64,000 bases of DNA from Desulfatiglandales bacterium (GTDB taxonomy: Bacteria > Desulfobacterota > DSM-4660 > Desulfatiglandales > HGW-15): contig CAXXJJ010000004.1 of the NCBI GenBank assembly GCA_963667015.2, forward strand, positions 3,680,001 to 3,744,000. The letters are read 5' to 3'. The position numbers and the translations under genes were made by a program. The notes beneath the pieces are model-generated. The model saw nothing but the letters and a program-made list of their open reading frames with translations. It was not told the origin of the DNA and did not search any database. Positions 1-10,677 of the stretch are shown piece after piece (position 1 is the first letter of the stretch; every line of letters begins with the position of its first letter).

Positions 1-1600
1 TAATAACTTCATTATTTTCTTCAAGCCAATCGACCCGTGTCAAAAAAATATGTGCTACCTCATGGTACAAAGGCCACCACTTTTCAATCCTCCAGAGTGC
101 TTCTGTCGGAACGCTTATCACTTCATTTAAATGAGAAAATTTAGGGTCCTCAACAATAATAAAACCATACCAATATCGGTTAATCCTGTTTAAAAGATAT
201 GCCGGCACGTATTCCATAGCTTTCACAGCTCGCTGGGCACCACCGCGAAGTCTTGAGAAACCGCCTGTAGCAGGTTCACTACTGCCGTATAAAGCATAAG
301 ATCTAAGTTGAGAACCGTTAGCAATTGCATATGCAGACCTAATAGCTAGACTCTCAAGGCTCTCGCCTTTATTAAAATAACCAAGTGTTTCTTCAGAGCC
401 GCTATTGCTGTTGTATGCCTGGTTTATCTCTTTTATTTTCCTTCCGATTGAAATAATTCTATCTGGATAGTCCAGCATATCTTCGAATACTTTTCTTTTG
501 ATGGGATTTTGTAAACGCCAATTCAGAGAATAGAAATGATTAGCCAACAAAGGTGCAACAGATCCAAAAATAGCCTTCAACTCTGCCATGTCAAATTGGA
601 CCCATTGTTGGCCCTGCTCCGATTTACCATTTTCAATTATGCAATCTGTACGATTACTATTTTCAGACGCAGAAGAAAGAACATTCATTTCAATGCTTGT
701 TGCTGTACTGTTTATTTTATCTTTGAATTGAGTCCTAAAACAAAGCAGGTAAGAAACAAAAATATCCCAATCTAAAGTTTCCGCTATTGGCTCAACAATG
801 AAATCATAATCTCCTAACATCTCACGAATATTAAACTTATCATTTGTCCAATATTCCTCTATCTCTTTATAATAGGCTGGTTTTGAAGATATTTTAACTG
901 TTGGCCATGCTTCCCGGGTTATTTTTGTTTTAAAACCCTCAACAGTTACTAATGACTTTATAACTTCATCTATACTCTTACAATCATCCTGGCTCTTTGG
1001 CAGGTGATGATAATTTATTGCTATATTTGAGAAGGTTTTATCAATGCAATTTAATATCTCTAGATCACGATTAAATCGTGATAGCTCATGAACAATACTA
1101 TCAATATTATCATGGCATAGTAACAGAATGACCTCGCTCGGCCCAATTGTTCCAAGGACATGGCTGTTTTTTAAAGTTGAATTAGTTAAATATTCAGCTA
1201 TTTGTTTTTCAATTGCTTCATGGCTTGCAGGCTTGTCATCTGAAAATTTAATAAAACTTATCCCGATAAATATGGAAGCTTCAAGGCTATTAAAAATATC
1301 CGATAGATTATCGCCAAGGTATGGGAAAGAATGGAACGTGTTTGATGATATTACACCAGGTATAGGCCCGGCGTTACTAACCCGAAAATCAAACCCCACA
1401 TCATCATACATCAGAATAATGTCATAAAACCCAAGTCCTTTCATACAGAATGAATTTTCAACATCAGATTGTTTGCAAGCACTTATAAGTGCTTTTGAGA
1501 CATCAATCTCCATTCCAGATCTGACCTGTAAACATGATATCTTTATAGCCCTTTTGCCAATCTTGCCAATCTTGCCAATCTTAAATATACTCTTTTCCAT
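1..1600 (-). CDS. Large protein (>533 aa, runs off the window edge) with Lrp/AsnC-like repeats and an HEXXH zinc-peptidase motif
   Basis: Manually translated from ATG 1600 (MEKSIFKIGKIGKIGK...) with no stop before base 1; contains WWPLYHEVAHIF near the edge; absent from the ORF track because its stop is outside the window. Confidence 0.8.
   Translation of the reverse strand, partial: MEKSIFKIGKIGKIGKRAIKISCLQVRSGMEIDVSKALISACKQSDVENSFCMKGLGFYDIILMYDDVGFDFRVSNAGPIPGVISSNTFHSFPYLGDNLSDIFNSLEASIFIGISFIKFSDDKPASHEAIEKQIAEYLTNSTLKNSHVLGTIGPSEVILLLCHDNIDSIVHELSRFNRDLEILNCIDKTFSNIAINYHHLPKSQDDCKSIDEVIKSLVTVEGFKTKITREAWPTVKISSKPAYYKEIEEYWTNDKFNIREMLGDYDFIVEPIAETLDWDIFVSYLLCFRTQFKDKINSTATSIEMNVLSSASENSNRTDCIIENGKSEQGQQWVQFDMAELKAIFGSVAPLLANHFYSLNWRLQNPIKRKVFEDMLDYPDRIISIGRKIKEINQAYNSNSGSEETLGYFNKGESLESLAIRSAYAIANGSQLRSYALYGSSEPATGGFSRLRGGAQRAVKAMEYVPAYLLNRINRYWYGFIIVEDPKFSHLNEVISVPTEALWRIEKWWPLYHEVAHIFLTRVDWLEENNEVI
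1554..1580. repeat. 3x 9-bp tandem repeat TTGCCAATC (encodes KIG-KIG-KIG)
   Basis: Seen directly. Confidence 0.9.
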
Positions 1601-1702
1601 ATTTAAAGGCCTTTTTTAAAAAAAAAGCGAAAAACTGTCATACAGTTTATCGCTTTTCTTAAAATTAATTTGGTATTAAAGGTAAAAGAGTCTTGAATGA
1701 AC

Positions 1703-1909
1703 TCAAGATTCTTTTTCATTTGCATATCTTGGATTCGTAATATTTTCTGAATCGATATAATCGTCTTCGGGCATAGGCCCAGAAATGCTGTGATCAATGT
1801 TATTTGAGTCCCACTCAGAGTTACCACGAGTAATATTGCTACATACTATAGAAACATTAATGTAGTCTTCCTCCTCGGGTTTATAACATCGAAATTTGGC
1901 TAGTCCCAT
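1703..1909 (-). CDS. 68-aa acidic hypothetical peptide
   Basis: ORF with GAGAGG RBS upstream, co-oriented with the HEXXH gene. Confidence 0.5.
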   Translation of the reverse strand: MGLAKFRCYKPEEEDYINVSIVCSNITRGNSEWDSNNIDHSISGPMPEDDYIDSENITNPRYANEKES

Positions 1910-2402
1910 GAGAGCCTCTCTTTTTTTAATGAGTATTTATATTACACTCATGATACGGGAAAATTCAGTAAATCATTAAAATCCTTGCCTAAACACCATA
2001 ACATCGGCATTTTGTCAAGAAAAATTAAAAGTTTTTTTATTCGGTATCACCCTTATATACTGATTTTTCATTTAATTTTTTACACCACTACTTTGATATT
2101 GAGCCGGATTGGTGCATAAATATCTCTATATAATATTAGCATATGTTGCCCATTATCAGCGTACAATTATTAATTTTTGAGAAATGATTTTTTGAAGGAT
2201 GCATAAAACTCTTTTATAACTAATAGGTTATAAGAATTTTAGTAATTATAATTGAATTAAAATGAAATGCAAGATAAAATTATGTTAAATTTTACTTAAT
2301 AATATCTCAAAAATTATCAAAAAGCATCTTTTAATGGATTATTTATCTTCTTTTATCTATTTATTGTATGCAAAAAAGACACTTTTTACTCCACACTAAA
2401 TG

Positions 2403-4457
2403 TTATTCCACACCCAAAGCCTTAAACACCGCGTCTTTAGGGTCTGCATAAAAACTTGTTTGAAATTTTGCGAATAGTTCTCCTGGTATACTCGGGATAT
2501 CACCTACACTTGCCATGGGAAGGAGTATTCTTTTTGCTCCTGCATCAAAGGCTACCTGTAGTGTTTCCGCGAGGTTTTGAACGGGCACTATATTCCCGCC
2601 TAGACTCATGCTCCCAAGTACAACCATTTGAGATTGAACCGGTTTTGCCATTAGGGCAGAGCAAAGGGCTACAAAGGCGGCAAGTGTCATGGCATTTGTC
2701 GGGCCTGTATTATGAAGCTCAACTACATGCAGGTGATAATTATGATCCCCTGATTTGGCTGACACGCTTATTCCGGATGCATTCGCTTTAAAATAATCAA
2801 AGCCTACCTTTACCGCTTCCTTTGCAGCACTTACACTACCAAACCCTGATAAAGTCAGAGATCCATTTCCGGGAGTAACTTGTGTTTCAAGCCTATATAA
2901 TCCAAGGTGACCACTGTTTCCTGTTGCTATGGTATGGAGCACCCCGGGATTTAATGGCCCACCTGGTATTAAAGATGCCCCGCCCTGTTCGGGAACACTT
3001 ATAAACTTTTCTTCCATGGCCTCCTGATCAATATATGAGAAATGGACATCATAGAATTCCATACCGCCTATCTTTTTAAGCTGCTCTTTTACTCTTCTAC
3101 GTGTTTCAAGGGCATACTCAAGACATCTTCGCACAGCATCCTTGTCATAATCTTCATGGGGGTATAACAGCTTTAACAGGCCTGAGACAGTATGTCTTAT
3201 AGCAATTGTATCTCTTTGATTGAGATCTCTACCCAGCTTGAAATACTTATTGATCGCATCAGAATAATTTCTTTTTCTCATCTCCCTTACAAACTCAGCG
3301 AGATAATCCACAATAAGGCCATACTGGTTTGTAAAAAACTCCGGTCTCATTTTCGGGATCTCCCATCCCGGTATATAGGCATGGAATCGATCAAAGAATG
3401 CTGAGTCAATCATGGCCTCAGGGAAAGGTGCCAGCAGGTGGCTTGTTTTTACCAGTGTGTCCACAGCCTGATTCAGGTTACCAACAAACACCATAGAGGC
3501 ATATGCGTTTATCATGTCCCGGCCCCGGGCAAATGATCCGGAAGCCATATAGTCTTTCATGATCTGAACACCATCATTATCCTTAAAGGATATTCCGGCT
3601 ACTTCATCAAAGGCTACCACATCCCATAACCCCACAAGCCCCACAGTCCTGTTGGCAAGGTTATAAAAGAGATTCGCAACTGTAGTCTTCCCGCCTGAAA
3701 CAAGTATGCTGTTTGGGCTTATTTCTTTATAGATATGGCTTTTCCCAGTTCCCCTCGGCCCCAGTTCACACACATTGTAATTATTCTCTACCAGGGGTAT
3801 TAACCGGGTCAGCAGGTGCCATTTTACCCTTTCATCAAACTGGGTTGGTTCCAGGCCTGTAGACCGAAGCAGAACATCCAGCCATTGAGCTTCGGTAAAA
3901 TTAGACCTCCCATCAAAGAGCTCCTGCATATCCATATTGGGCATCTGAATGGGTTTTAAATCCCTGATAAGAAAAGGAGATCCTTTCTGGCCTTCCTCAT
4001 AGAAATATTCCATGGTAATTATGGACCATATTCCACCGGCCAAAAGCTTTTCATACTGGCGTACAGTGTTTGTACTTATCTCTACTCCCTTTATCCCGAG
4101 GTTGGATAACAGGGCTTCGTATACATCTCTTTTTTCATTCAGTTTTACAGTGGCTTTATCGATTATTTTTAATGTTCCACGCTCCCTTATAATGGATTTA
4201 ACCTTTTCAGCCTCATCCGGACGCACATAGTTCTCTGCCAGTATCCGTTTAACAGTCTTTAGACCATCCTGGATTATTGACTCATCATTAGATGCACAAT
4301 GCTGCCCAAGAAGGTACTCAAGAACGTATACCGGCACGTTTGCGCCTTCCTTAACTAGTTTTGTCAGATCTTTTCTAACTACTCTTCCTGCAAAATGGGT
4401 GTTTAAAAGATCATCCAGGCTGCTGTCTATTACCATTGTTTCATTATCAGAAGTCAT
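2403..4457 (-). CDS. brxL: BREX Lon-like protease BrxL
   Basis: ANVPVYVLEYLLG, Walker A GPRGTGKS, C-terminal Lon-like domain; last gene of the BREX operon. Confidence 0.96.
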   Translation of the reverse strand: MTSDNETMVIDSSLDDLLNTHFAGRVVRKDLTKLVKEGANVPVYVLEYLLGQHCASNDESIIQDGLKTVKRILAENYVRPDEAEKVKSIIRERGTLKIIDKATVKLNEKRDVYEALLSNLGIKGVEISTNTVRQYEKLLAGGIWSIITMEYFYEEGQKGSPFLIRDLKPIQMPNMDMQELFDGRSNFTEAQWLDVLLRSTGLEPTQFDERVKWHLLTRLIPLVENNYNVCELGPRGTGKSHIYKEISPNSILVSGGKTTVANLFYNLANRTVGLVGLWDVVAFDEVAGISFKDNDGVQIMKDYMASGSFARGRDMINAYASMVFVGNLNQAVDTLVKTSHLLAPFPEAMIDSAFFDRFHAYIPGWEIPKMRPEFFTNQYGLIVDYLAEFVREMRKRNYSDAINKYFKLGRDLNQRDTIAIRHTVSGLLKLLYPHEDYDKDAVRRCLEYALETRRRVKEQLKKIGGMEFYDVHFSYIDQEAMEEKFISVPEQGGASLIPGGPLNPGVLHTIATGNSGHLGLYRLETQVTPGNGSLTLSGFGSVSAAKEAVKVGFDYFKANASGISVSAKSGDHNYHLHVVELHNTGPTNAMTLAAFVALCSALMAKPVQSQMVVLGSMSLGGNIVPVQNLAETLQVAFDAGAKRILLPMASVGDIPSIPGELFAKFQTSFYADPKDAVFKALGVE

Positions 4458-7074
4458 CGTTAAATGCCCTGTCTATAATAATGTTTACACTCTCCTGTTC
4501 AATCCCGGTGTCAGCATCCCGCATTACCAGCCGGTATGTCTTGTTTTTATCAAACTCCCGGTTTTGAAGGACCATAACAACATTCTTTTTTCTTTCGTCT
4601 ATGTTATTGGATGAATTATCAAAGGTTAAAGTTTCGATATTGCTTACGGGTTCACCCTCATCAAAAATTGCCACTTTCAGCGTAACAGGTTTTACTCTTT
4701 CACTAACAGGCTCCATTTGTATCAATTCAAACCTGTGCTTTGATGTAGTTATCTTATGATTCGAACCAAGGATATGAACAGTCACCGGTTTTATTTTGGT
4801 CTTTTCAGCACTTTTACCCCTTACATGCTTTACAGTAATAACAGGGACTGCAATCTCCTGGAGCATTGCTCCGCCGTGTATAAACCTTGCCCCGCCAATA
4901 AAATGGAATCTGTTTGCAGCTTTGGGTATCCAGAATTCTATATTGCCGCCAACCCCACAAGTAGTAGTGGTTGACTCATGATAAACAATCTCATTATCTC
5001 CAAGATTCTTACCTATAAGATACCGCTTTTTAGCCTTTACAGTCCCCAGGGGTTTTTCCAGCAGACTGCTTTTTTCAGGCGCACCGGGGTCTGTTACAGT
5101 AAAAATGAATCCATGGTCAGCGGTTATTACTACATGATGCCCGTTCAGGTTGTTGATGATATTTGTTACAAGGGCTTCAAGTTCATTGATGGCCTGTCTT
5201 GCTGCCTGAAAGGTCTGGCTTTCAGTACCTGCTGAATCGCCTATTTTATCTATTGCGTTGTGATAAATATATACAAGCCTTTTATCCTTTATAAGGTCTC
5301 TCCCCTGATCCTTACTCATTTTAAGGAGATCCTCAGCCTTAACAGCCATTCCCTCATGCTTTGCCAGAATCTGGTCACGCTGTTCCATTGATGAACAGTT
5401 TTGTCCGTCAACCAGCAGGTCTCCCTTGACGTTATATTCCAGCTTATCATGGGGTAATAGGCAGGCCATCCCGAGTGATGTGTATGATGGCAAGGCACCC
5501 AGCATTGATGTTAAATCCGACTCAAACCGGTATTTGCCATTTAATTCACTGTTGAGCTCTTCAGCAACTTCATACCGGAGGGCATCACTTATAATAACAA
5601 AACTCCTCCTTCGTTCCGCTTCTTTGAGTTTGGGAGCAATATTGTTATAAAAAAACTGTTCCTGATTATCGACATTGTATATTTTCCAGCTTGATAAAAG
5701 AGAGTCACTCCCTTTCGGATCAAGGTATTTCCCCCATGCATCAGCCAGATTATGAAGATACCAGTTCACATAACAGGCTTCTACTTCGGTTCTCAGTTTT
5801 TTAAGAACATCCCAGTTGTTTAAAGCTGCAATATCGGCCTGTTCACAAAATCTTCTATATAACTGATCAAAGCTGAATATTTCTTTTGTGTAGGCATTAT
5901 ACATGTCGGCAGAGCTCGAAAAGCTGAAGCCAGAAGGATATTTATTCTTTAGGCTGAAAAACTCAGCAGATATCGCGATCGCTTCATAGACAGAATGCAT
6001 GCCTTCTCTCGGGGCATATTTATTCCCCGGAACTCCAGTTGTTGCCCAGTAACCTGCCTGACGATTTGTCTTTATCTCGTTAATCTTTTCAAGGTTTATA
6101 TCATTCGGGTTTGATAAGACAATATCTCTAAGTCCCTGAGCGATATATCTTTCTACAGATTGAAAAGTAGCAACATCCAGCAGGTCATATATTTCAAAAT
6201 GATAGAACAGGTCATTGAGGTTTATCAGATCCCCAATAATGCCGGATAATCTGTCATAGCTGGTTCCCTTGGTAGAGCTGTCCCTCCACTGTGCCAGGCA
6301 TACAACCGCGTTATTCTTTCCATACTGAGGTAATACAAGATGTGTTAAAGAATCAGGCACAGACGCTTTAAGATGCTGAGCAAAGTCTGTCACCATTAAA
6401 CGTGTTAAAAAATTTCTCAAACTCGGTGTTTCCTCGCTGTACCCAAAAACAGACTTGGCCATTTCCCAGAAAGGTTCATCAAGTTCATATTTCTCAATTT
6501 CCAGCCAGCAATCCGGAGGCGAATCAATGTCAACATCATCCAGATCATTATAGCCATGGAATATTGTTCGTATTATATTGAACCATTCATCATGGTCTGC
6601 CTTTGTGACAACAGCAATCATTTTCCTGTCCAGGTCAAATTCATTGTCATCAGGCAAAACCATGGGTTTTAACTTTTGCATCCGCTGCTTGTTGTCAAAA
6701 AACTTTCTGCGAGTTGACAGGTGATCTCTTAGATGCTGATTGGATAAACCCAGCTCATCAAGGATAATAGATGCCCTGTCAGCCCGGAAGCACTTACTGT
6801 AAAGCCTTATATCCAGCAGCCAGTCATCTTCATAATCTGGTTCTTCTGTGGGGGAAAAAATAAGATATCTGCCTTCTGGATCTTCCAGTTCCAGTTTTAC
6901 CTTGGCTTCAAATGCTCCGACCTCATCAAGCTTTATTATGTTAACCCCTTCAGGCAGGGTAAGAAGTGGGAGAGTCAGGGTGAATTCATGATCTGGATCG
7001 TTCCAGAAAACTATTCTGTAATCCTCTTCATCATACAAGCGGATTAAAGCCTTTTCTATCTGAGAATTATCCAT
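4447..7074 (-). CDS. pglZ: BREX-1 phosphatase-fold protein PglZ (BrxZ)
   Basis: IISDALRYE, LPSYTSLGMA, ITADHGF, FIHGGAMLQE motifs. Confidence 0.96.
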   Translation of the reverse strand: MDNSQIEKALIRLYDEEDYRIVFWNDPDHEFTLTLPLLTLPEGVNIIKLDEVGAFEAKVKLELEDPEGRYLIFSPTEEPDYEDDWLLDIRLYSKCFRADRASIILDELGLSNQHLRDHLSTRRKFFDNKQRMQKLKPMVLPDDNEFDLDRKMIAVVTKADHDEWFNIIRTIFHGYNDLDDVDIDSPPDCWLEIEKYELDEPFWEMAKSVFGYSEETPSLRNFLTRLMVTDFAQHLKASVPDSLTHLVLPQYGKNNAVVCLAQWRDSSTKGTSYDRLSGIIGDLINLNDLFYHFEIYDLLDVATFQSVERYIAQGLRDIVLSNPNDINLEKINEIKTNRQAGYWATTGVPGNKYAPREGMHSVYEAIAISAEFFSLKNKYPSGFSFSSSADMYNAYTKEIFSFDQLYRRFCEQADIAALNNWDVLKKLRTEVEACYVNWYLHNLADAWGKYLDPKGSDSLLSSWKIYNVDNQEQFFYNNIAPKLKEAERRRSFVIISDALRYEVAEELNSELNGKYRFESDLTSMLGALPSYTSLGMACLLPHDKLEYNVKGDLLVDGQNCSSMEQRDQILAKHEGMAVKAEDLLKMSKDQGRDLIKDKRLVYIYHNAIDKIGDSAGTESQTFQAARQAINELEALVTNIINNLNGHHVVITADHGFIFTVTDPGAPEKSSLLEKPLGTVKAKKRYLIGKNLGDNEIVYHESTTTTCGVGGNIEFWIPKAANRFHFIGGARFIHGGAMLQEIAVPVITVKHVRGKSAEKTKIKPVTVHILGSNHKITTSKHRFELIQMEPVSERVKPVTLKVAIFDEGEPVSNIETLTFDNSSNNIDERKKNVVMVLQNREFDKNKTYRLVMRDADTGIEQESVNIIIDRAFNDDF

Positions 7075-10000
7075 TGATAGCCTCTTTCCCGGTAACAGCT
7101 TTCACTTCTGCCAGCAGATCCCCGAATTTTCCATAATTGACTTTCACACCATCATCAAGGTCAAGACTTATCCTTTTATCCGCATAATGACGCAACTTTT
7201 CATCAAAGCCTTGAAGTTCAACCTGTTGCTTTAACAGCTTATCATGTTCTTTTTGAAGTTTTTTCCTGAGTGAGGTTGAAGAAGCCTTTTCTATATCACC
7301 TTTCAATTGATCTATATGTGCATTTATTTTACCCTGTAAAGGGATAACATACTCTGTCCTCATTCTGGATAATGTCCCCTCGTTATATCGATGTAAATAA
7401 ACAATACATTGAAAAGCTCTTTCTTTACCACTTGAGAAAAGCCAGTATATAGGTCGTTTTTTAAACATAGAAAAGTGATGTTTATAAAAGCCTGTTGTCA
7501 TATACCGTCTGATTGTTTCTCTGGATGATTCTCCCTGTTTAGGGCCGATGCTGTCTGCAATAAATTTAAGGTTTTCTTCAAGGGTTTCTTTTGGCCACAC
7601 TATGTTAATGAATTCAATAATGCGGTTGGTAGCATCATCTTCAAACCAGTCAGTATCTGTTATAGGAATTATGCCATCTTCATCAGGGGAGAATGTTGGC
7701 CATGAACAATTTTTTTTATGTTTTGCCTTATAGATATCAAGGAATTTCTCGTTTCCACTATTGGCAAAGATTAATCCCGGGACATCAATTGAATATCTTC
7801 CCATCATACATCCCACGGAATAGGATATTAACTCCTTCATTGTGTCTGCTAGAAGCATATATTCAAGTTCTTCTTCACTTCTGTTCTTACCATACCGATA
7901 ATGAGGATTGCAGGTAAGAGTGACTTCATTTAGATGTACATCAGGCGTCAGCTCATTTAGCAAACAATATGCTTCAAGTAGAATAGAATTATTTTCTTTT
8001 TCTAAATGCTGCATTTCTAATTTCATTTTTTCCCATTTTTCTCTCAACCTTATATAGGAATCATTTAGTGTCGTTGCTAATGGCCAAATGACAGTCTTTT
8101 GATCTGGCTTATTACTGTCTAAACCTTCTTTATATTGTTGATTGATAATAGGTAGTCCAATAAACTCCAATGATGTCTCATAGAAATCCCAATCAACTCT
8201 GCTTATTTCAAGACATTTATCCGTATTCCTAACAACCTCTGACGGAATATTTTCATCTGGGAATGGTAATGCCAAAACATCACTAACTGTTGTATTAAGT
8301 GTAGGATTAATAGCTTTTAGATAATATAGAGAAATAGGTGAATTTAAAAAGGCTAGAGCTTTTCTATCACAAGAAAACATCTCATTAAAGATTGTTGGTG
8401 CGCCTGAACTATACTGAGAATAAGTAGACTTGATTCTGAAGCTAATATTTGCCGATGAGATCAAAGACCATGTGATCCCTTCCTTATTCCAGAATTTTGA
8501 ATTACATAAACCTCCATGAGAATCATAGAAGGATCTTGCATCGTCTGACCAGTCAACAACATGCAATTCATTGCCCGCATATTTTCTAAAATCACCACCA
8601 TTGGCATAACTTACCCAACGCTCATCTTTAGAACGAACCTCCCAAAAAAATCTAAGGTATTTCTCATTATTATGTGTTTTATTACGCCCACCTGACACAA
8701 ATGTATCATCTATAGTTTTTCCTTTGAATAATTGAGTTCCTTTAATCCAATAGGCAATTGGACTGCCAGGAACTTTATTAAAATCACCCGCAGATGCAGT
8801 ATACAACCAACCACAGTCAGGATTTCTAACAGCTTCACGGATCGCTACATCTTTTTCTTTTTCAGAACGCCCCTCTATTAGACGGAAAAAGGCTCCTTTG
8901 TATTTCGAATGAGGAGTATTTGCCAAGATAAAAGCTGTAGTTGAAACAACTTCACCGCCAATACTATCAAATGCTCTTGCACCTAAATGAGCCATTGAAA
9001 TTATTGTATCCTGCCCAAGAATTTTTGAACGAAGTAATTCAAATGAGGAAAGAAACATCCAGTTTTGCATGGTAATCATAGCAACAAGACCTTTCTTTTT
9101 TGATAATGTCATGTTGCGTTCTATAAACATTGCGAAAAGATCGGATTTGCTCTGTTTATAATGATCTTGTGCAAACACCTTTAAACGATCATTCATCCCT
9201 CCACTTCCCATATAAGGCGGATTCGCTACGACTATGTGATATTTTGGAGAGAGATATGTTGCTTGTTCAAGAATCCTCAATACCTTTTTATGAGTATTTG
9301 AGAGAAAAAGATCTTCTTCGACCCCACTTTCCTTTATATGCAATTCAATACTTTCTGTGTTCTTAAGGGTAGGCTGTATCAATGAACCAAAGTTATCTGT
9401 CTCCTCAAATTGATACAAGGTTGTCTGAAAGTGAGTAGTAAAGAGATCCCTCCCAACTTTATCCATATATGCCTGAATTTCATCTCCACTGAATTTTATT
9501 TTTTCCAACACGCATATATTAGGCTTTACATGAGTACCATTTAAAGATTTACGCTGAAAAAATCGCCGATCCTTTTGGCGTGCTTTCATAGTAAGAGCAA
9601 GCGCAGCTAACTCTCCGGCTCGCTCATCTATCTCAATACCAAAAAGATTATTTTCCAGTATCTTTTTGGGAATTTCAGCCCCTTTATGACCTAACTCTTC
9701 ATAAATGGAATATAAAAGATCAAAAGCATAAGTAAGCATGTGACCAGAACCACATGCAGGGTCACATATTTTTATTTCTTCAGGTGAGTTGATTTTAAGA
9801 AAGTCAGTCTCTGGTTCTTCCGGTTTTATATAGTACTCCATCTTTTCGATAAGCTTTGAATGGGGTTTGTTAAGCATCCATAGCCTACCGAGGGAATTCT
9901 CCACCAGATACCGAACAATCCAGTGTGGTGTAAAAAGCTGTGTTGCTGCCGGGATATTTTCAGGAATGATTTTTTTGTTTTTCTTTAACCCATCAAAAAC

Positions 10001-10663
10001 TTCATCCTTTTTCTCTGAAATATAAAACTGGTAAAGCCAGCCGACTATTTCTACGTCCTGCCACTCCTCTTCCGGAATTTCATTAATAAGTTTTCTTATC
10101 AGAGAATCAGAGTGAAGAAGATTATCAGGTAGTAAAAGCTCTGTTTCATCATCAACCTTTTCAAATAAAAAAGGCATTGCATCATGTAGTACATTACATT
10201 GGGCAATTATGAGTAATCTATAAAGCTCAGAGTCTTTTGTCCCTTCAAGCTTTAGCTCAACTACTTTTTCTCTATTAAGACCCGGCAAATCAACATGCTC
10301 TGCATGTTCAACAATCTCCGGTGTGGAATTACCTTCAGGATGGCTTAATACTCTGTATCCATGATCAAGGTAACCATGGATCTCCATAAACCTTATAGCA
10401 ACAAAACGATTAAACCATGTGTAGGCCATGGCTTCCATTGTCTGCTCAAAGCCTTTATTTTTTATTCTCTCTTCAAGTTTTTTCCGTTTTACAGCAGTTG
10501 ATCGTGGAAATGATCTACCTCCAATAATCGCAACGTCGCCCTCTTCGATTACTGGATCTATTTGCTTACCAGTAAGCCCATAATAGGCAGCACGGTCTGT
10601 AACCGCCTTTATAAAATCTCTCCTGGCTTTAGGTGCGTATGCTTTTAACTTATTTCTATTCAT
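7067..10663 (-). CDS. pglX: BREX-1 adenine-specific DNA methyltransferase PglX (BrxX)
   Basis: AYTWFNR, PAATQLFTP, DPACGSG, NPPY, KRPIYW, DLDDGVKVNY. Confidence 0.97.
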   Translation of the reverse strand: MNRNKLKAYAPKARRDFIKAVTDRAAYYGLTGKQIDPVIEEGDVAIIGGRSFPRSTAVKRKKLEERIKNKGFEQTMEAMAYTWFNRFVAIRFMEIHGYLDHGYRVLSHPEGNSTPEIVEHAEHVDLPGLNREKVVELKLEGTKDSELYRLLIIAQCNVLHDAMPFLFEKVDDETELLLPDNLLHSDSLIRKLINEIPEEEWQDVEIVGWLYQFYISEKKDEVFDGLKKNKKIIPENIPAATQLFTPHWIVRYLVENSLGRLWMLNKPHSKLIEKMEYYIKPEEPETDFLKINSPEEIKICDPACGSGHMLTYAFDLLYSIYEELGHKGAEIPKKILENNLFGIEIDERAGELAALALTMKARQKDRRFFQRKSLNGTHVKPNICVLEKIKFSGDEIQAYMDKVGRDLFTTHFQTTLYQFEETDNFGSLIQPTLKNTESIELHIKESGVEEDLFLSNTHKKVLRILEQATYLSPKYHIVVANPPYMGSGGMNDRLKVFAQDHYKQSKSDLFAMFIERNMTLSKKKGLVAMITMQNWMFLSSFELLRSKILGQDTIISMAHLGARAFDSIGGEVVSTTAFILANTPHSKYKGAFFRLIEGRSEKEKDVAIREAVRNPDCGWLYTASAGDFNKVPGSPIAYWIKGTQLFKGKTIDDTFVSGGRNKTHNNEKYLRFFWEVRSKDERWVSYANGGDFRKYAGNELHVVDWSDDARSFYDSHGGLCNSKFWNKEGITWSLISSANISFRIKSTYSQYSSGAPTIFNEMFSCDRKALAFLNSPISLYYLKAINPTLNTTVSDVLALPFPDENIPSEVVRNTDKCLEISRVDWDFYETSLEFIGLPIINQQYKEGLDSNKPDQKTVIWPLATTLNDSYIRLREKWEKMKLEMQHLEKENNSILLEAYCLLNELTPDVHLNEVTLTCNPHYRYGKNRSEEELEYMLLADTMKELISYSVGCMMGRYSIDVPGLIFANSGNEKFLDIYKAKHKKNCSWPTFSPDEDGIIPITDTDWFEDDATNRIIEFINIVWPKETLEENLKFIADSIGPKQGESSRETIRRYMTTGFYKHHFSMFKKRPIYWLFSSGKERAFQCIVYLHRYNEGTLSRMRTEYVIPLQGKINAHIDQLKGDIEKASSTSLRKKLQKEHDKLLKQQVELQGFDEKLRHYADKRISLDLDDGVKVNYGKFGDLLAEVKAVTGKEAING

Positions 10664-10677
10664 ACTTTATCTTTCTA

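Noticed and set aside
536..1427. Plus-strand ORFs 536-775 and 1128-1427
   Set aside because: Antisense shadows of the long minus-strand HEXXH frame
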